Program-made: the position numbers and the translations under genes | Source: a virus | Reading direction: 5' to 3' (one strand) | Virus record (IMG/VR): IMGVR_UViG_3300033994_001756 | Coordinates: 32,001-96,000 of that record | DNA length: 64,000 bases | Notes under the pieces: model-generated | Database searches by the model: none | The model's input: the letters and a program-made list of their open reading frames with translations, nothing else | Told to the model about the DNA's origin: nothing | Shown here: positions 10,801-20,241 of the stretch, one piece after another | Numbering within the stretch: position 1 is the stretch's first letter | Layout of the letters: every line of letters begins with the position of its first letter

Positions 10801-13800
10801 TTTTATAGATGAAAACAATAATTTACTAGCACTAAAAGGATCTGAATCAAACTCACCACAAGAGCCTCAGGAAATTCAAAATTCGCTGTTATTGGCTACA
10901 GTGACAATTCCCCCATATATGAAAGATGTTTCCTTGGCTGGCATTAAAATTAGTCAGCAGAAACGTTATACGATGAAAGATATTTCGTCAATTGACAGGA
11001 GACTGGAGACTGTAGAAAATTTAACTTCATTAAATTTATTAGAAGTTGGAACTAACAGTTTACTAATACTTGATGAGTTCGGTAATAATAGATTTAAAAC
11101 AGGATTTGTTGCTGATAATTTTAAAACTACTGATTTCGCAGACTTAAACAACGTCAGATATACTGCTTCTATTGATACTGAAAATGCAATATTGAGACCT
11201 TATCCATATGCAACCAAACTTGGAGTAAACTACGATAGTACTTCAACTACAACTAAGACCGGATCAATTGTAACTTTACCATATACAGAAACTGAGTATA
11301 TTAAACAGCAGTATGCAAGTAGAGTAGAAAATTTACAGCCATTTGAAGTCATTTCTTGGAATGGAGAAATTACTCTTCAACCAAATAAAGATGTGTGGTT
11401 TGATACGGTTAGAACCGAAACAAATACTCAACAAATAGATTTAACTACTCCATTTAGAGCATTATTTGATCGTACCACTGCATTAGCTGATCAATGGAAC
11501 ACTTGGAATACAACTATTGCCCCAAGACTTCAAGTTGCTGGTGGAACTTTAGCTGCGAGTAATACTGGATCTGTAGATAACACATTTACAACATTTACCC
11601 AAGATATTGAAGTCGGAGATAGTATTAATAGTATTGAAGTTAATAGATTTGTTCGTTCTAGATTGGTTTATTTAAAAGCTTCTAAGCTAAAAGCCAATAC
11701 TGTAATGCATTTCTTTGTAGATGAAGTATTGCATGATGAGATGATATTCCCACTTGATATGACTGGCATGACTGAAAGAACGGGTGCCTTTGTGGTTGGC
11801 GAAAAAGTATTTTTATCAAATACTAGTACTGTAACTTCACCTCCTGCATCATCTACTATAGAAGCTACCGTAGTTGAATCTTCACTTGGAAATTATACTT
11901 CATCCAGTACATATTTGTCAATAGATCCGCCAACTACTTCAGATAGAACTCAACTAAATCCCACTCTATTAAATTCTACGTATTATGTGATTGGAGAAAC
12001 CTCCAAAGCTGTTGGCAAAGTAACTTTAGTTAATTCAGCTAGAGTTAAAACTGATGCTTTTGGAAATTTACTCACATTTTTAATTATCAAACCAGACACA
12101 TTTGAAACTGGCAATTTATCATTTAAAGTTTGCGATCAAATTACAGGAACTTCAATTTATGGTATCTCTGAAACTAGTGCGGTAACTACATATGATACTC
12201 TTGGAACTACTGTAAATCTAACAAGCAACGTTATGTCGCTTGATTTACCAAACATTTCTTCTGGACCGATTAGAGGAACTACAGTAACATTTATTCCATT
12301 CCCACCACCACCACCTCCAGCTGGAGGAGGAGATCCAGTAGCTCAATCATTTTATGTAGATTCTCAAGGTGGAGTATTCCTGTCTTCAATTGATCTATAT
12401 TTCCAGTCAAAAGATTCCACAACTCCAGTTTCAATCGAAATTAGAACTATGGAAAATGGAACTCTCACCAGCACAGTAGTTCCAAATTCAGTTGCTGTAG
12501 TTCAAGCATCAGATGTTAAGATTTCTTCTGATGCATCACTAGCTACAAAATTTACTTTCCCATCTTTAGTATATTTAAATCAAGATACTTATTATGCATT
12601 CATGGTAAGAAGTGATTCAAAATTATATAAAATTTGGATTTCTAGGTTGAATGGTACTGATGTTACTACTTCTTATGCTATTGATAAGCAACCATATTCT
12701 GGATCACTATTCAAGTCACAGAATATGTCCACTTGGACTCCAGATCAATTTGAAGATGTCAAGTTTACCATTAATCGAGCAAAATTTGCCACCAATTCAA
12801 CATATACCTGTGTATTAAATAATGATCCAATTTCAGATGCATATTTAATTCAAAGTCCATTGAAACTGACTTCAAACTCAAGTGTAATTGAGGTATTCCA
12901 ACCAAACCACTGTATGAATACTAATCAAAATTATGTTAAACTTTCTGGAATAACTTCAGATGCACCACCAACAGTATTAACTAGTTCTGGAGGAATTACA
13001 ATAACATATATTGGAAATATTTCAGTAGGAAATGCATCTTCAGCTACTTGGCAAACAATTAATGGATCTCCAGTTAGCGAATCTAATCCTGGATATGTAA
13101 TGATAGATAATGAAATTATGAAATATACTTTGGTATCAGGAAATACGTTACGTATATCAGAAAGAGGTCTTGCAGGAACTACTGCAACTGCACATTCATC
13201 AAATTCACCAGTAATGTGTTATAATTTAAATGGCATTCCACTCATTGAAATAAACAGAGTTCATAAAATAACAGAAGTAATTGATTTCGATAATTATAAA
13301 ATTTCTACTGCAAGTAAAGCATCCTCAAACTTAAGGAGTGGTGGCGATACTGCAAAAGCATCTAGAAATATTCAATATGAGGAATTGTATCCAAATTTAA
13401 ATAATTTGGTTCTTCCTTCTACAGATATGACAGTAACATTTTCTAGTATAAGTGGAAGTTCATTATATGGACCTGCAAATTCATTTGCTCAATTAAATGA
13501 AGAGTCTATAGAAAATAAACAATATTCTAAAATGAATTCTTCTAGATTGATTGCATCTGCACAAAATACTGCAGTATATTATCCTGGATATCCATATACT
13601 TTAAAATTAAATGTTAAAATGTCTTCTGAATTGGATAATGTAAGTCCACTATTAGAATTATATGGCTCCTCATTGACTACCGTATCAAATAGATTGAGCA
13701 AAAAAGTTATAGATAATGTTATTGATGTATCTGCAGAGTTAACTCCATCTTCTGGTTTCTATTCATCATATATAACTAAAAAAGTGACATTACAAGGAGT

Positions 13801-14113
13801 ATCTACTTCAATCAAAGTATTTTTTGATGCAGTCAGAACTCAAGGTTTAAATGGAACTTATTCTGATATAAAGGTATTTGTTAGAACAGTAGGGGATGGA
13901 AATTTAGGGTCATTTAATGAAGCTGGTTATGTAGAGGTTCCCGCAGTATCATATCCAACATCCTCAAATTTTAATGACTATAAAGCATTTGAATTTGAGT
14001 TAAAGAATCTCTCAGAATTTAAACAATATGCTATAAAAGTTTGCATGATTGGTGACGATCAAACTAATAATATTAAAATCAGAAACCTTAGAGCTATTTC
14101 TCTCGCAGTTTAA
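7802..14113 (+). CDS. Large virion structural protein (VrlC-like / DUF4815-type)
   Basis: N-terminal PYFDDF..KFYKVLFKPNYPVQARELTTLQS, then APGADRLKI, LARRTYDESGNY, DPVAQSF and GSLFKSQN..TW motifs; usual position after gp8 in cyanomyoviruses. Confidence 0.85.
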   Translation: MQNTDLSLQPYFDDFTEDKKFYKVLFKPNYPVQARELTTLQSMLQYQIEKFGQHVFKEGSVVIPGQTGYNTQYNAVLVQPTVNSISFETIRQNLTEKTIRGLTSNVVATVVNSISAQQSEKLTPTLYIKYISSGNIVNGTQFTKFANGETLVDEFNNPVAVTVSQNATDYVGSAAYITEGVYFIRGFFVTVPQQTIILDQYSNFPSYKIGLSVQESIVTAETDSSLYDNAVGSSNYTAPGADRLKIDAVLTKQDINFGSDSSFIELLRLDKGKLVEQVQASVYDELEKNLARRTYDESGNYTINDINLKIRETYNDGKNNGVYKLNDTLSDGRKVLNRQPTAEDGNAINGLDYYTIELDPLKAYVKGYEINNTSKKYLTVEKPRSSLSLNNQGISSIFGNYFTLKVSTITGGVIPTGTTIQLLNSGTQIGQCRSLSLISGGRLFVCDVSMFSVITTSEATPNVIVGDFIFGSNGSQGVVHGVNGNVITVRQTTGDFSAGVSFTNSNNSSTHIVATAVNNKIENITSILASGGATAQLELEQVSISGSSFVVTTNVLTGTSTQFSRDLKAGMKLQIGTNIATIQSISGESVTLSTGSIANGTYYSVKKLVPKLNTFGANFFSRFPNTVKSTSDLSYYKTINETKTVSNGAGGLGSVTISTTSDYAISTADISVSNSSGSVSYTISSSSQPSSINLVVSSSLINTSVLVTYKVKVNNPTLKTKTSNKFSCLLVDKQQNSTNTKYGTRISDKEISLKFSDVYQIHAIHEAISSSDANTNLFDSVVVNDSSLLQLGDIIYYESVSARIISISGNTLYIKYLSSDKFPTTFSQALQIVIAGDSNIQGKFITSVSNGTYRDITNNFNLVKNDSTEFYNISKLVRNEGRPVPTNKFIVIFDYYIHSNTSNDFYTANSYNFSEEPFATIPTTYDGIPYTDIVDFRYETTASSVAGTSGTLTSPFVETNSAFDLFSSTSLANRVVSTFTYPGELISADYDYYLGRIDKIFIDENNNLLALKGSESNSPQEPQEIQNSLLLATVTIPPYMKDVSLAGIKISQQKRYTMKDISSIDRRLETVENLTSLNLLEVGTNSLLILDEFGNNRFKTGFVADNFKTTDFADLNNVRYTASIDTENAILRPYPYATKLGVNYDSTSTTTKTGSIVTLPYTETEYIKQQYASRVENLQPFEVISWNGEITLQPNKDVWFDTVRTETNTQQIDLTTPFRALFDRTTALADQWNTWNTTIAPRLQVAGGTLAASNTGSVDNTFTTFTQDIEVGDSINSIEVNRFVRSRLVYLKASKLKANTVMHFFVDEVLHDEMIFPLDMTGMTERTGAFVVGEKVFLSNTSTVTSPPASSTIEATVVESSLGNYTSSSTYLSIDPPTTSDRTQLNPTLLNSTYYVIGETSKAVGKVTLVNSARVKTDAFGNLLTFLIIKPDTFETGNLSFKVCDQITGTSIYGISETSAVTTYDTLGTTVNLTSNVMSLDLPNISSGPIRGTTVTFIPFPPPPPPAGGGDPVAQSFYVDSQGGVFLSSIDLYFQSKDSTTPVSIEIRTMENGTLTSTVVPNSVAVVQASDVKISSDASLATKFTFPSLVYLNQDTYYAFMVRSDSKLYKIWISRLNGTDVTTSYAIDKQPYSGSLFKSQNMSTWTPDQFEDVKFTINRAKFATNSTYTCVLNNDPISDAYLIQSPLKLTSNSSVIEVFQPNHCMNTNQNYVKLSGITSDAPPTVLTSSGGITITYIGNISVGNASSATWQTINGSPVSESNPGYVMIDNEIMKYTLVSGNTLRISERGLAGTTATAHSSNSPVMCYNLNGIPLIEINRVHKITEVIDFDNYKISTASKASSNLRSGGDTAKASRNIQYEELYPNLNNLVLPSTDMTVTFSSISGSSLYGPANSFAQLNEESIENKQYSKMNSSRLIASAQNTAVYYPGYPYTLKLNVKMSSELDNVSPLLELYGSSLTTVSNRLSKKVIDNVIDVSAELTPSSGFYSSYITKKVTLQGVSTSIKVFFDAVRTQGLNGTYSDIKVFVRTVGDGNLGSFNEAGYVEVPAVSYPTSSNFNDYKAFEFELKNLSEFKQYAIKVCMIGDDQTNNIKIRNLRAISLAV

Positions 14114-14117
14114 AATT

Positions 14118-14351
14118 ATGAAAAAATTAATGGTAGATGGGCATCCAGGTCTTTATAGAGATACCGAAAGTGGTGCTATAATAAATGATAACTTATATGA
14201 ATATGAATCATATATGAAAAGTTATGAAAATCGAAAAAATAAATTCGATAAAATTAATCAAATTGAGAATGATCTACATGATTTAAAATCTGAAATGACT
14301 CAAATTAAAAATTTACTATTAGAATTAAATGAACGATCTACCATTAACTAA
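14118..14351 (+). CDS. Conserved small coiled-coil hypothetical protein (77 aa)
   Basis: The ATG 4 nt after the upstream stop is more plausible than the track start at 14049. VDGHPGLYRDTESGAIIN motif followed by a heptad tail. Confidence 0.75.
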   Translation: MKKLMVDGHPGLYRDTESGAIINDNLYEYESYMKSYENRKNKFDKINQIENDLHDLKSEMTQIKNLLLELNERSTIN

Positions 14352-14487
14352 ACAGTTTACTCTTCAAAAAATTTATAATGATATAGATACTTTGAATGAA
14401 GAAGAAGCCAAAAAAATAGCGAAGGAATTTGCTAAATTATATCATATGCAACAGCATGTAGTGGCAAATTTATTAATTAAGAAATAG
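14329..14487 (+). CDS. nblA: NblA-like phycobilisome degradation adaptor (52 aa, below the track cut-off)
   Basis: Translated by hand: MNDLPLTKQFTLQKIYNDIDTLNEEEAKKIAKEFAKLYHMQQHVVANLLIKK. Fits the NblA size and two-helix pattern L.L..QF.L......(I/V)..(L/M)..E.AK.......LY..........LL. Fills an otherwise empty gap. Confidence 0.6.
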   Translation: MNDLPLTKQFTLQKIYNDIDTLNEEEAKKIAKEFAKLYHMQQHVVANLLIKK

Positions 14488-14495
14488 TCTATTAT

Positions 14496-14503
14496 TATAA
14501 ATA
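14496..14503 (+). promoter_or_regulatory. Late promoter TATAAATA
   Basis: Exact T4 late consensus, 31 nt upstream of the ATG at 14535. Confidence 0.8.
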
Positions 14504-14534
14504 ATATTGAAATCTATATTCTAGTGGCTTTTTC

Positions 14535-14867
14535 ATGGCAGCGGTAAAAAATTTATCGGTTGATCAGGGAACTGATTTCAATGCACAGCTCACGGTATAT
14601 GATGATAACAATGCGCCCTGGAATTTAACTGGGTACACGGCTTCTGCTAAAATAAAAAAATCATATTATAGTTCTACTTCTGTTGCATTTAATGTAACTT
14701 TTAACTCGAATAGAACTACTGGTATTATTATCATTGCTCTTACTTCTGCACAAACTTCTTCTATGGAGCAAGGAAGATATTTATATGATATAGTAATCGA
14801 AGATTCTTCCGGAAAAAAAGTTAGAGTAATAGAAGGAATCATTACCATTAATCCAGGAGTAACATGA
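14535..14867 (+). CDS. Small virion/baseplate-associated beta-sandwich protein
   Basis: NLxVDQGTDF...NLTGYTASAKIKK...GRYLYDI...RVIEGIITINPGVT, a common myovirus structural family; follows a late promoter. Confidence 0.7.
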   Translation: MAAVKNLSVDQGTDFNAQLTVYDDNNAPWNLTGYTASAKIKKSYYSSTSVAFNVTFNSNRTTGIIIIALTSAQTSSMEQGRYLYDIVIEDSSGKKVRVIEGIITINPGVT

Positions 14868-15070
14868 GAGCCCAAATAGAAGTTTTAAATCAACCACAAG
14901 TTATCACTATTGCAACTAATACCACTCAAAGATTGTATTTTTTGGGTGATGTTAATGCAAGTAATGCTCAAAGTGGAGCGTTACTACAATATGATGCAAC
15001 TACTCAAACTTGGAATGCAACTAATAAACTAGATGCATCTGGTCTTACTATTGATGCAGGAAACTATTAA
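14864..15070 (+). CDS. Small fibre-associated hypothetical protein
   Basis: ATGA overlap with the upstream gene. LGDVN..GALLQYD....W motif and C-terminal IDAGNY. Confidence 0.65.
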   Translation: MRAQIEVLNQPQVITIATNTTQRLYFLGDVNASNAQSGALLQYDATTQTWNATNKLDASGLTIDAGNY

Positions 15071-15089
15071 TTTACCATAGGTACAAACC

Positions 15090-16877
15090 ATGTCAACTCT
15101 CATCAAAATAAAAAGATCCAGTACTTCAAATGTTCCAAATTTGGGGCAAGGAGAATTAGGATATTCTTGGGGAACTTCTACTTATACTGATGCACAGAGC
15201 GCATCAGTGACATCCTATGGAAAATTGTTTCTTGGAACTGGAACAGAAACTGGAGGATTAGCAGCAAATATTGAAGCTATTGGAGGAAAATATTTTACTG
15301 ATTTACTAGATCATGGTCATGGAACACTAACTGCAAATTCTGCTGTGATTGTAGATTCCGCAAATAAAATTAATGTTTGGAATGTTGATAATCTTAGACT
15401 AGACGGAAATATTATATCATCTACTAATTCAGATGGAGATATTACAATTTCTCCAAATGGAAATGGGGAAATTGTAATACCAGATAATACATTTTTAACT
15501 TTTGGTACAAGTAAAGATACCAAAATTACATATGATGAATCTACTGATGATAGATTGGAAATTACAGGTGCAGATTGGAATTTTGCAAATGGTGTTGCAA
15601 TTAAAGTCACAGATACCACAACATCAACATCATCTACTACAGGTGCATTAACTGTAACTGGAGGAGTTGGAATTGCAGAAAATTTACATGTAGGTGGAAC
15701 TGCAACTGTTAATACTTTAAGTGTTCTTAATACATTTTCGGTTTCAGATTTAACTGTAACTGCAGATTTAACTGTTCAAGGTGGAGATATTACAGTCTCC
15801 AACTCTGCAACTAATGTAAATATAAGAGATAATACTTCAAATTCATTTTCAATTAAAGAAGGTAATAATAGATACCTTAATATTATCACAACTGATAATT
15901 CAGAACTTATTCAGTTTTCCACTGGAAATGTGGATATCGATAATAATTTAAATGTTGATGGAGGAAGTTTAACTACCGGATCCAATTCATTTAATCTATT
16001 AAATACCACTGCAACTACTATTAATGCATTTGGTGCAGCCACAACAGTAAATTTAGGTACATCATCAACTACTGTAGATTTTGGTGACCTTAGAATAAGA
16101 GGAGCTACTATTTCTGGAGATGCGAATGGACAAACTATTGTAATTGATCCATTTCCGGCTGGAGGTGCATCTGGAGGAGATGTTGTAGTACGAGGAAATT
16201 TAAAAATTAGTGGAACTACAACTACAGTAAATTCAAATTCAATTACTATAAATGATCCAACTATTACATTAGGAGATTCAGTTAGTGACAAAGTACTCGT
16301 AAGTGATGCTTCAAATGGGGCTACAACTTTAACTTTAGATAATACAACTGGATTAAATACTGGTGATTTAATTAGTGGAAATTCAAATATTGTAAATGGA
16401 ACCACTATTACAGTAAATTCAGCAACACAAATTACATTAAGTTCAGCAATTACTGGAGCTATTTCAAGCGGAACTGAGTTTACATTTACTCAGGCAACAG
16501 ATGATAATATGGATCGTGGTATTGAATTCAAATACTACAATCAAAGTTTAAAAACTGGATTTTTTGGATACGATGAATCCGGAGAATCTGAAGACGTTAC
16601 TACATATTATTTTACATACATTCCAGACGCTACAAATAATAGCAGTGTGTTTACTGGAACAAAAGGAAGTGCATATTTCAAGACAGTCAAATTAGATGAT
16701 GGAGTAAATAAAGGAATTCCATTTTTCGATTCATACAAACGACTGACCTCAACTGCAGCCGCAAATATGGCAAGTCCAGGTACTGGGTCTGATGCTACTA
16801 CATCATATCAACTTTTAACCGTAAATAGTTCTGGAGTTCCAGTTTGGACTACAGCTATTGATGGGGGAAGCTACTAG
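15090..16877 (+). CDS. Tail fibre-like structural protein
   Basis: N-terminal IKIKRS...LGQGELGY motif typical of fibre N-termini; TSSTTGALTVTGGVGIAENL repeat; G/T/S/N-rich beta composition. Confidence 0.7.
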   Translation: MSTLIKIKRSSTSNVPNLGQGELGYSWGTSTYTDAQSASVTSYGKLFLGTGTETGGLAANIEAIGGKYFTDLLDHGHGTLTANSAVIVDSANKINVWNVDNLRLDGNIISSTNSDGDITISPNGNGEIVIPDNTFLTFGTSKDTKITYDESTDDRLEITGADWNFANGVAIKVTDTTTSTSSTTGALTVTGGVGIAENLHVGGTATVNTLSVLNTFSVSDLTVTADLTVQGGDITVSNSATNVNIRDNTSNSFSIKEGNNRYLNIITTDNSELIQFSTGNVDIDNNLNVDGGSLTTGSNSFNLLNTTATTINAFGAATTVNLGTSSTTVDFGDLRIRGATISGDANGQTIVIDPFPAGGASGGDVVVRGNLKISGTTTTVNSNSITINDPTITLGDSVSDKVLVSDASNGATTLTLDNTTGLNTGDLISGNSNIVNGTTITVNSATQITLSSAITGAISSGTEFTFTQATDDNMDRGIEFKYYNQSLKTGFFGYDESGESEDVTTYYFTYIPDATNNSSVFTGTKGSAYFKTVKLDDGVNKGIPFFDSYKRLTSTAAANMASPGTGSDATTSYQLLTVNSSGVPVWTTAIDGGSY

Positions 16878-16887
16878 GAGATAAATC

Positions 16888-17100
16888 ATGAATCAAGATG
16901 AATTAAACAATTTATTATCAGTGATGCAAAAGAAAATTAATGAACTGACATCACAAAATATTATGTTTGAGGCTAAAATAATTTACCTCACTAATGTGAT
17001 TAGTAATATGTCTAAACAATCTAACGTTTCAGATGGGGGTTCATTTGATGAACCTTCAGAAACTCAAAAAGAACCAACTAAATCTAGAAGGTCAGCATAA
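16888..17100 (+). CDS. Small coiled-coil hypothetical protein
   Basis: AGGAG SD; overlaps the gp13 start (TAATG). Confidence 0.7.
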   Translation: MNQDELNNLLSVMQKKINELTSQNIMFEAKIIYLTNVISNMSKQSNVSDGGSFDEPSETQKEPTKSRRSA

Positions 17101-17921
17101 TGGCAAAACCAAGTAGTAGAGTGCAATTAAAAGAATATTGTCTTCGTAAACTTGGCAAGCCAGTTGTTGAAATCAATGTAGATGATGATCAAGTTGAAGA
17201 TTTAATTGATGATGCCATTCAAATGTTCAATAACAGAGCATTTGATGGTATGGAAAGAATGTACTTAAAGTACAAACTCACTCAAGAAGATATTGATAAT
17301 GGAAAAAAGAGAAATCTTACTACCACTCAAACTGATACCAACGACTCAGATAATTCAAGGACTTTAAGTTTTGAAGAAGGTAGAGGATATTTAACAGTTC
17401 CCGATCACGTTATTGGTGTTCAGGGAATTTTTAAAGTATCTAATGCCTTTGTCAATAACATGTTTGGCTTTAGGTATCAGTTCTTCCTAAATGACTTTTA
17501 TAATTTTTATTCATATGATATTATGAATTATTATATGGTTTTGACATATCTTGAGACATTAGATTTTATGTTAGAAGGAAACAAAGATATTAGATATACT
17601 AAAGTTCAAAATAGACTATATATTGATCTAGATTGGGGTATGCAAACCAAAGATGATTTTATTGTAATAGATTGCTATCGTGCATTAAATCCAAATGATT
17701 TTACTAAAATGTATGATGATATTTGGGTTAAGAAATATACAACTGCATTGATAAAGAAACAGTGGGGACAAAATTTATCAAAGTTTGAAGGCATTCAAAT
17801 GCCAGGTGGAGTAACATTCAATGGTCGCCAGTTATATGATGATGCAGTGCAAGAAATAGATAAATTAGAAGAGAGTTTGATGACGACTTATTCATTACCA
17901 CCACTTGATATGATAGGATAA
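17100..17921 (+). CDS. gp13: Neck protein gp13
   Basis: LKEYCLRKLGKPVVEINVDDDQ and KKQWGQNLSKFEGIQMPGGVTFNG motifs. Confidence 0.95.
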   Translation: MAKPSSRVQLKEYCLRKLGKPVVEINVDDDQVEDLIDDAIQMFNNRAFDGMERMYLKYKLTQEDIDNGKKRNLTTTQTDTNDSDNSRTLSFEEGRGYLTVPDHVIGVQGIFKVSNAFVNNMFGFRYQFFLNDFYNFYSYDIMNYYMVLTYLETLDFMLEGNKDIRYTKVQNRLYIDLDWGMQTKDDFIVIDCYRALNPNDFTKMYDDIWVKKYTTALIKKQWGQNLSKFEGIQMPGGVTFNGRQLYDDAVQEIDKLEESLMTTYSLPPLDMIG

Positions 17922-19018
17922 TGAAAAACGTTTACTTTTCCCACGGAACTTCTTCAGAACAAAGACTCTATGAGGATTTGATCATAGAGTCTTTGAAAAT
18001 ATATGGATTTGATGTTTACTATTTGCCAAGAGAGGTTGAAATATCAGATCACTTATTTGGAGAAGATACTTTAGTTAAATTTGATGAAAATTATATGATT
18101 GAAATGTATCTATCAAATTATGAAGGGTTTGCTGGGGAAGGAACATTATTAACTAGATTTGGAGTTAGAATTGCAGAAGAAGCTACATTTATAATCTCAA
18201 AAAGAAGATGGGAAGATTTGACAGATAATTCAAATAATTTAATTACTAATAAAAGACCTAATGAAGGCGATGTAATTTATTTTCCATTGACTAATCAATT
18301 ATTTCAGATTAAATTTGTAGAACACAATAAACCATTTAGGCAATTAGGACAAATTGCAACATATCAGTTGGTTTGTGAAGTCATGGAAGATTCTAGCGAA
18401 AGGCTAGATACTGGAGTATCTGAAATAGATAAAATTAGAAGGTCGGAAGGATACTCAATTACATTCCAGCTTAGCGATGGAATTAAACAGATTAATGTTA
18501 CAAATCAAGGAAATAATTATATTCCAGCGTCCACTATAGTAGCTTTCGGCTCAGTAGGACAAACTGTTATCGCTACTGCATCTGCGACTGTATCTGCTGG
18601 AAAAGTTGTTGCTATAACTGTTACCAATCCTGGACTGGGATATACTACAGTGCCGGGAGTTGCAATTAATGGAGCAGGAACTGGGGCAACTGCACAAGCA
18701 ATATTGGTATCAAAGGGAAATTATTTATATAAAGAAACCGTAATTGGTTCGGTTAGTGGTGCAACTGCAGAAGTAGTACGTTATGATGTTAGTACTAAAC
18801 AACTTGAGCTTATAGATATAATAGGAACATTTGTTGATAATGATTTGTTAATTGGACAATCCAGTGGAGCTGAATGGGCAATTTATTCATTCAGTTCTAT
18901 AGAAAATCAAAATGATGATTTTAATGAAAACAAATGGTTTGAAGACGAAGCAAATGAAATTATTGATTGGTCTGAAAAAAATCCATTCGGTGAATATTCA
19001 AATATGGGAGACTTTTAA
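17921..19018 (+). CDS. gp14: Neck protein gp14
   Basis: EQRLYEDLIIESLKIYG, RPNEGDVIYFP and C-terminal DWSEKNPFG. Confidence 0.93.
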   Translation: MKNVYFSHGTSSEQRLYEDLIIESLKIYGFDVYYLPREVEISDHLFGEDTLVKFDENYMIEMYLSNYEGFAGEGTLLTRFGVRIAEEATFIISKRRWEDLTDNSNNLITNKRPNEGDVIYFPLTNQLFQIKFVEHNKPFRQLGQIATYQLVCEVMEDSSERLDTGVSEIDKIRRSEGYSITFQLSDGIKQINVTNQGNNYIPASTIVAFGSVGQTVIATASATVSAGKVVAITVTNPGLGYTTVPGVAINGAGTGATAQAILVSKGNYLYKETVIGSVSGATAEVVRYDVSTKQLELIDIIGTFVDNDLLIGQSSGAEWAIYSFSSIENQNDDFNENKWFEDEANEIIDWSEKNPFGEYSNMGDF

Positions 19019-19815
19019 TGTTAGGCACACATTTTTATAACGAATCTATTCGTAAAACTATTGTTGGATTTGGCACATTATTCAATAATATAGAACTTCG
19101 TCGCAAAGATAAAGATGGAGTTGTTAAACAAACAATTAAGGTTCCTCTTGCATACGGACCCTCAGAAAAATTTATTGCTAGGGTAGAAGCAGAACCAGAT
19201 CTAGACAAAAGAAGACCAACTCAAATTCAATTGCCTAGAATTTCTTTTGAAATGAGATCAATTTCATATGATGCAGGAAGAAAACTCGGTCCAACTCAAA
19301 TATGCAGAACTCCAAAATCTGGAGATACAGAGAAAACATATTCCCATTATTTACCAGTACCATATAATTTAGATTTTGAAGTTGCAATCATCAGCAAAAA
19401 TAATGATGATGCGGTTCAAATTTTAGAACAAATTTTACCATTCTTTCAGCCATATTTTTCAATCACTATCAATATGGTGGCTGAGACAAATGAAAAAAGA
19501 GATATTCCAATTTTATTGAATAATGTTTCTATTCAAGATGACTATGAAGGAGATTTTACACAAAGAAGAACAATCATTTATACTTTAACATTTACTGCTA
19601 AAAGTTATATTTACGGTCCTGTTACTACTTCTGAAGTTATTAAAAAAGTTAACGTTGATATTGGAACTGCCATTGAAGCTAATAGATACGTTACTTATAG
19701 TGTATCGCCAAAAGCTCTTGAAGATTTAAATGATGATGGTCAAATTAATTCTGCAGACGATTTGTTAGTTGAAGCAGATGACAATTTTGGATTTAATGAA
19801 ATTTGGACTCAATAA
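19018..19815 (+). CDS. gp15: Tail sheath stabiliser/terminator gp15
   Basis: HFYNESIRKTIVGFGTLFNNI, KVPLAYGP, LPRISFE and QILEQILPFFQP motifs. Confidence 0.95.
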   Translation: MLGTHFYNESIRKTIVGFGTLFNNIELRRKDKDGVVKQTIKVPLAYGPSEKFIARVEAEPDLDKRRPTQIQLPRISFEMRSISYDAGRKLGPTQICRTPKSGDTEKTYSHYLPVPYNLDFEVAIISKNNDDAVQILEQILPFFQPYFSITINMVAETNEKRDIPILLNNVSIQDDYEGDFTQRRTIIYTLTFTAKSYIYGPVTTSEVIKKVNVDIGTAIEANRYVTYSVSPKALEDLNDDGQINSADDLLVEADDNFGFNEIWTQ

Positions 19816-19817
19816 TT

Positions 19818-20231
19818 ATGCCAACATACGATAACTTAGACGATACTTTTAATATTATTCCTAAAAATTTTGAGGAATCAACTGAAATAGTTGAAGTAGA
19901 TTCTGATTTGGATCATATTGAAGCTGACTATCAGTATAGTAGAAATCAATTATACAAATTAATCCAAAAAGGTCAAAAGGCTATTGATGGCATTATAGAT
20001 GTAGCTTCAGGCAGTGATCATCCAAGAGCCTATGAAGTTGCTTTCCAGGGCATGAAGCATGTCTCAGATATGACTGATAAATTGATTGACCTACAAAAGA
20101 AAATGAAAGCAATTGAAGAAGATGCTCCGCAAAGAGGTCCATCTACGATTAATAATACCATGTTTGTTGGATCTACTGCAGAATTGCAAAAGTTTCTAAA
20201 ACAATCAAAAATAAATAATACAGAAGAATAG
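19818..20231 (+). CDS. gp16: Terminase small subunit gp16
   Basis: DYQYSR..LY, HPRAYEV and FVGSTAELQK motifs. Start placed at the ATG 2 nt after the gp15 stop (track start 19803). Confidence 0.92.
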   Translation: MPTYDNLDDTFNIIPKNFEESTEIVEVDSDLDHIEADYQYSRNQLYKLIQKGQKAIDGIIDVASGSDHPRAYEVAFQGMKHVSDMTDKLIDLQKKMKAIEEDAPQRGPSTINNTMFVGSTAELQKFLKQSKINNTEE

Positions 20232-20241
20232 GAGTATTTTA

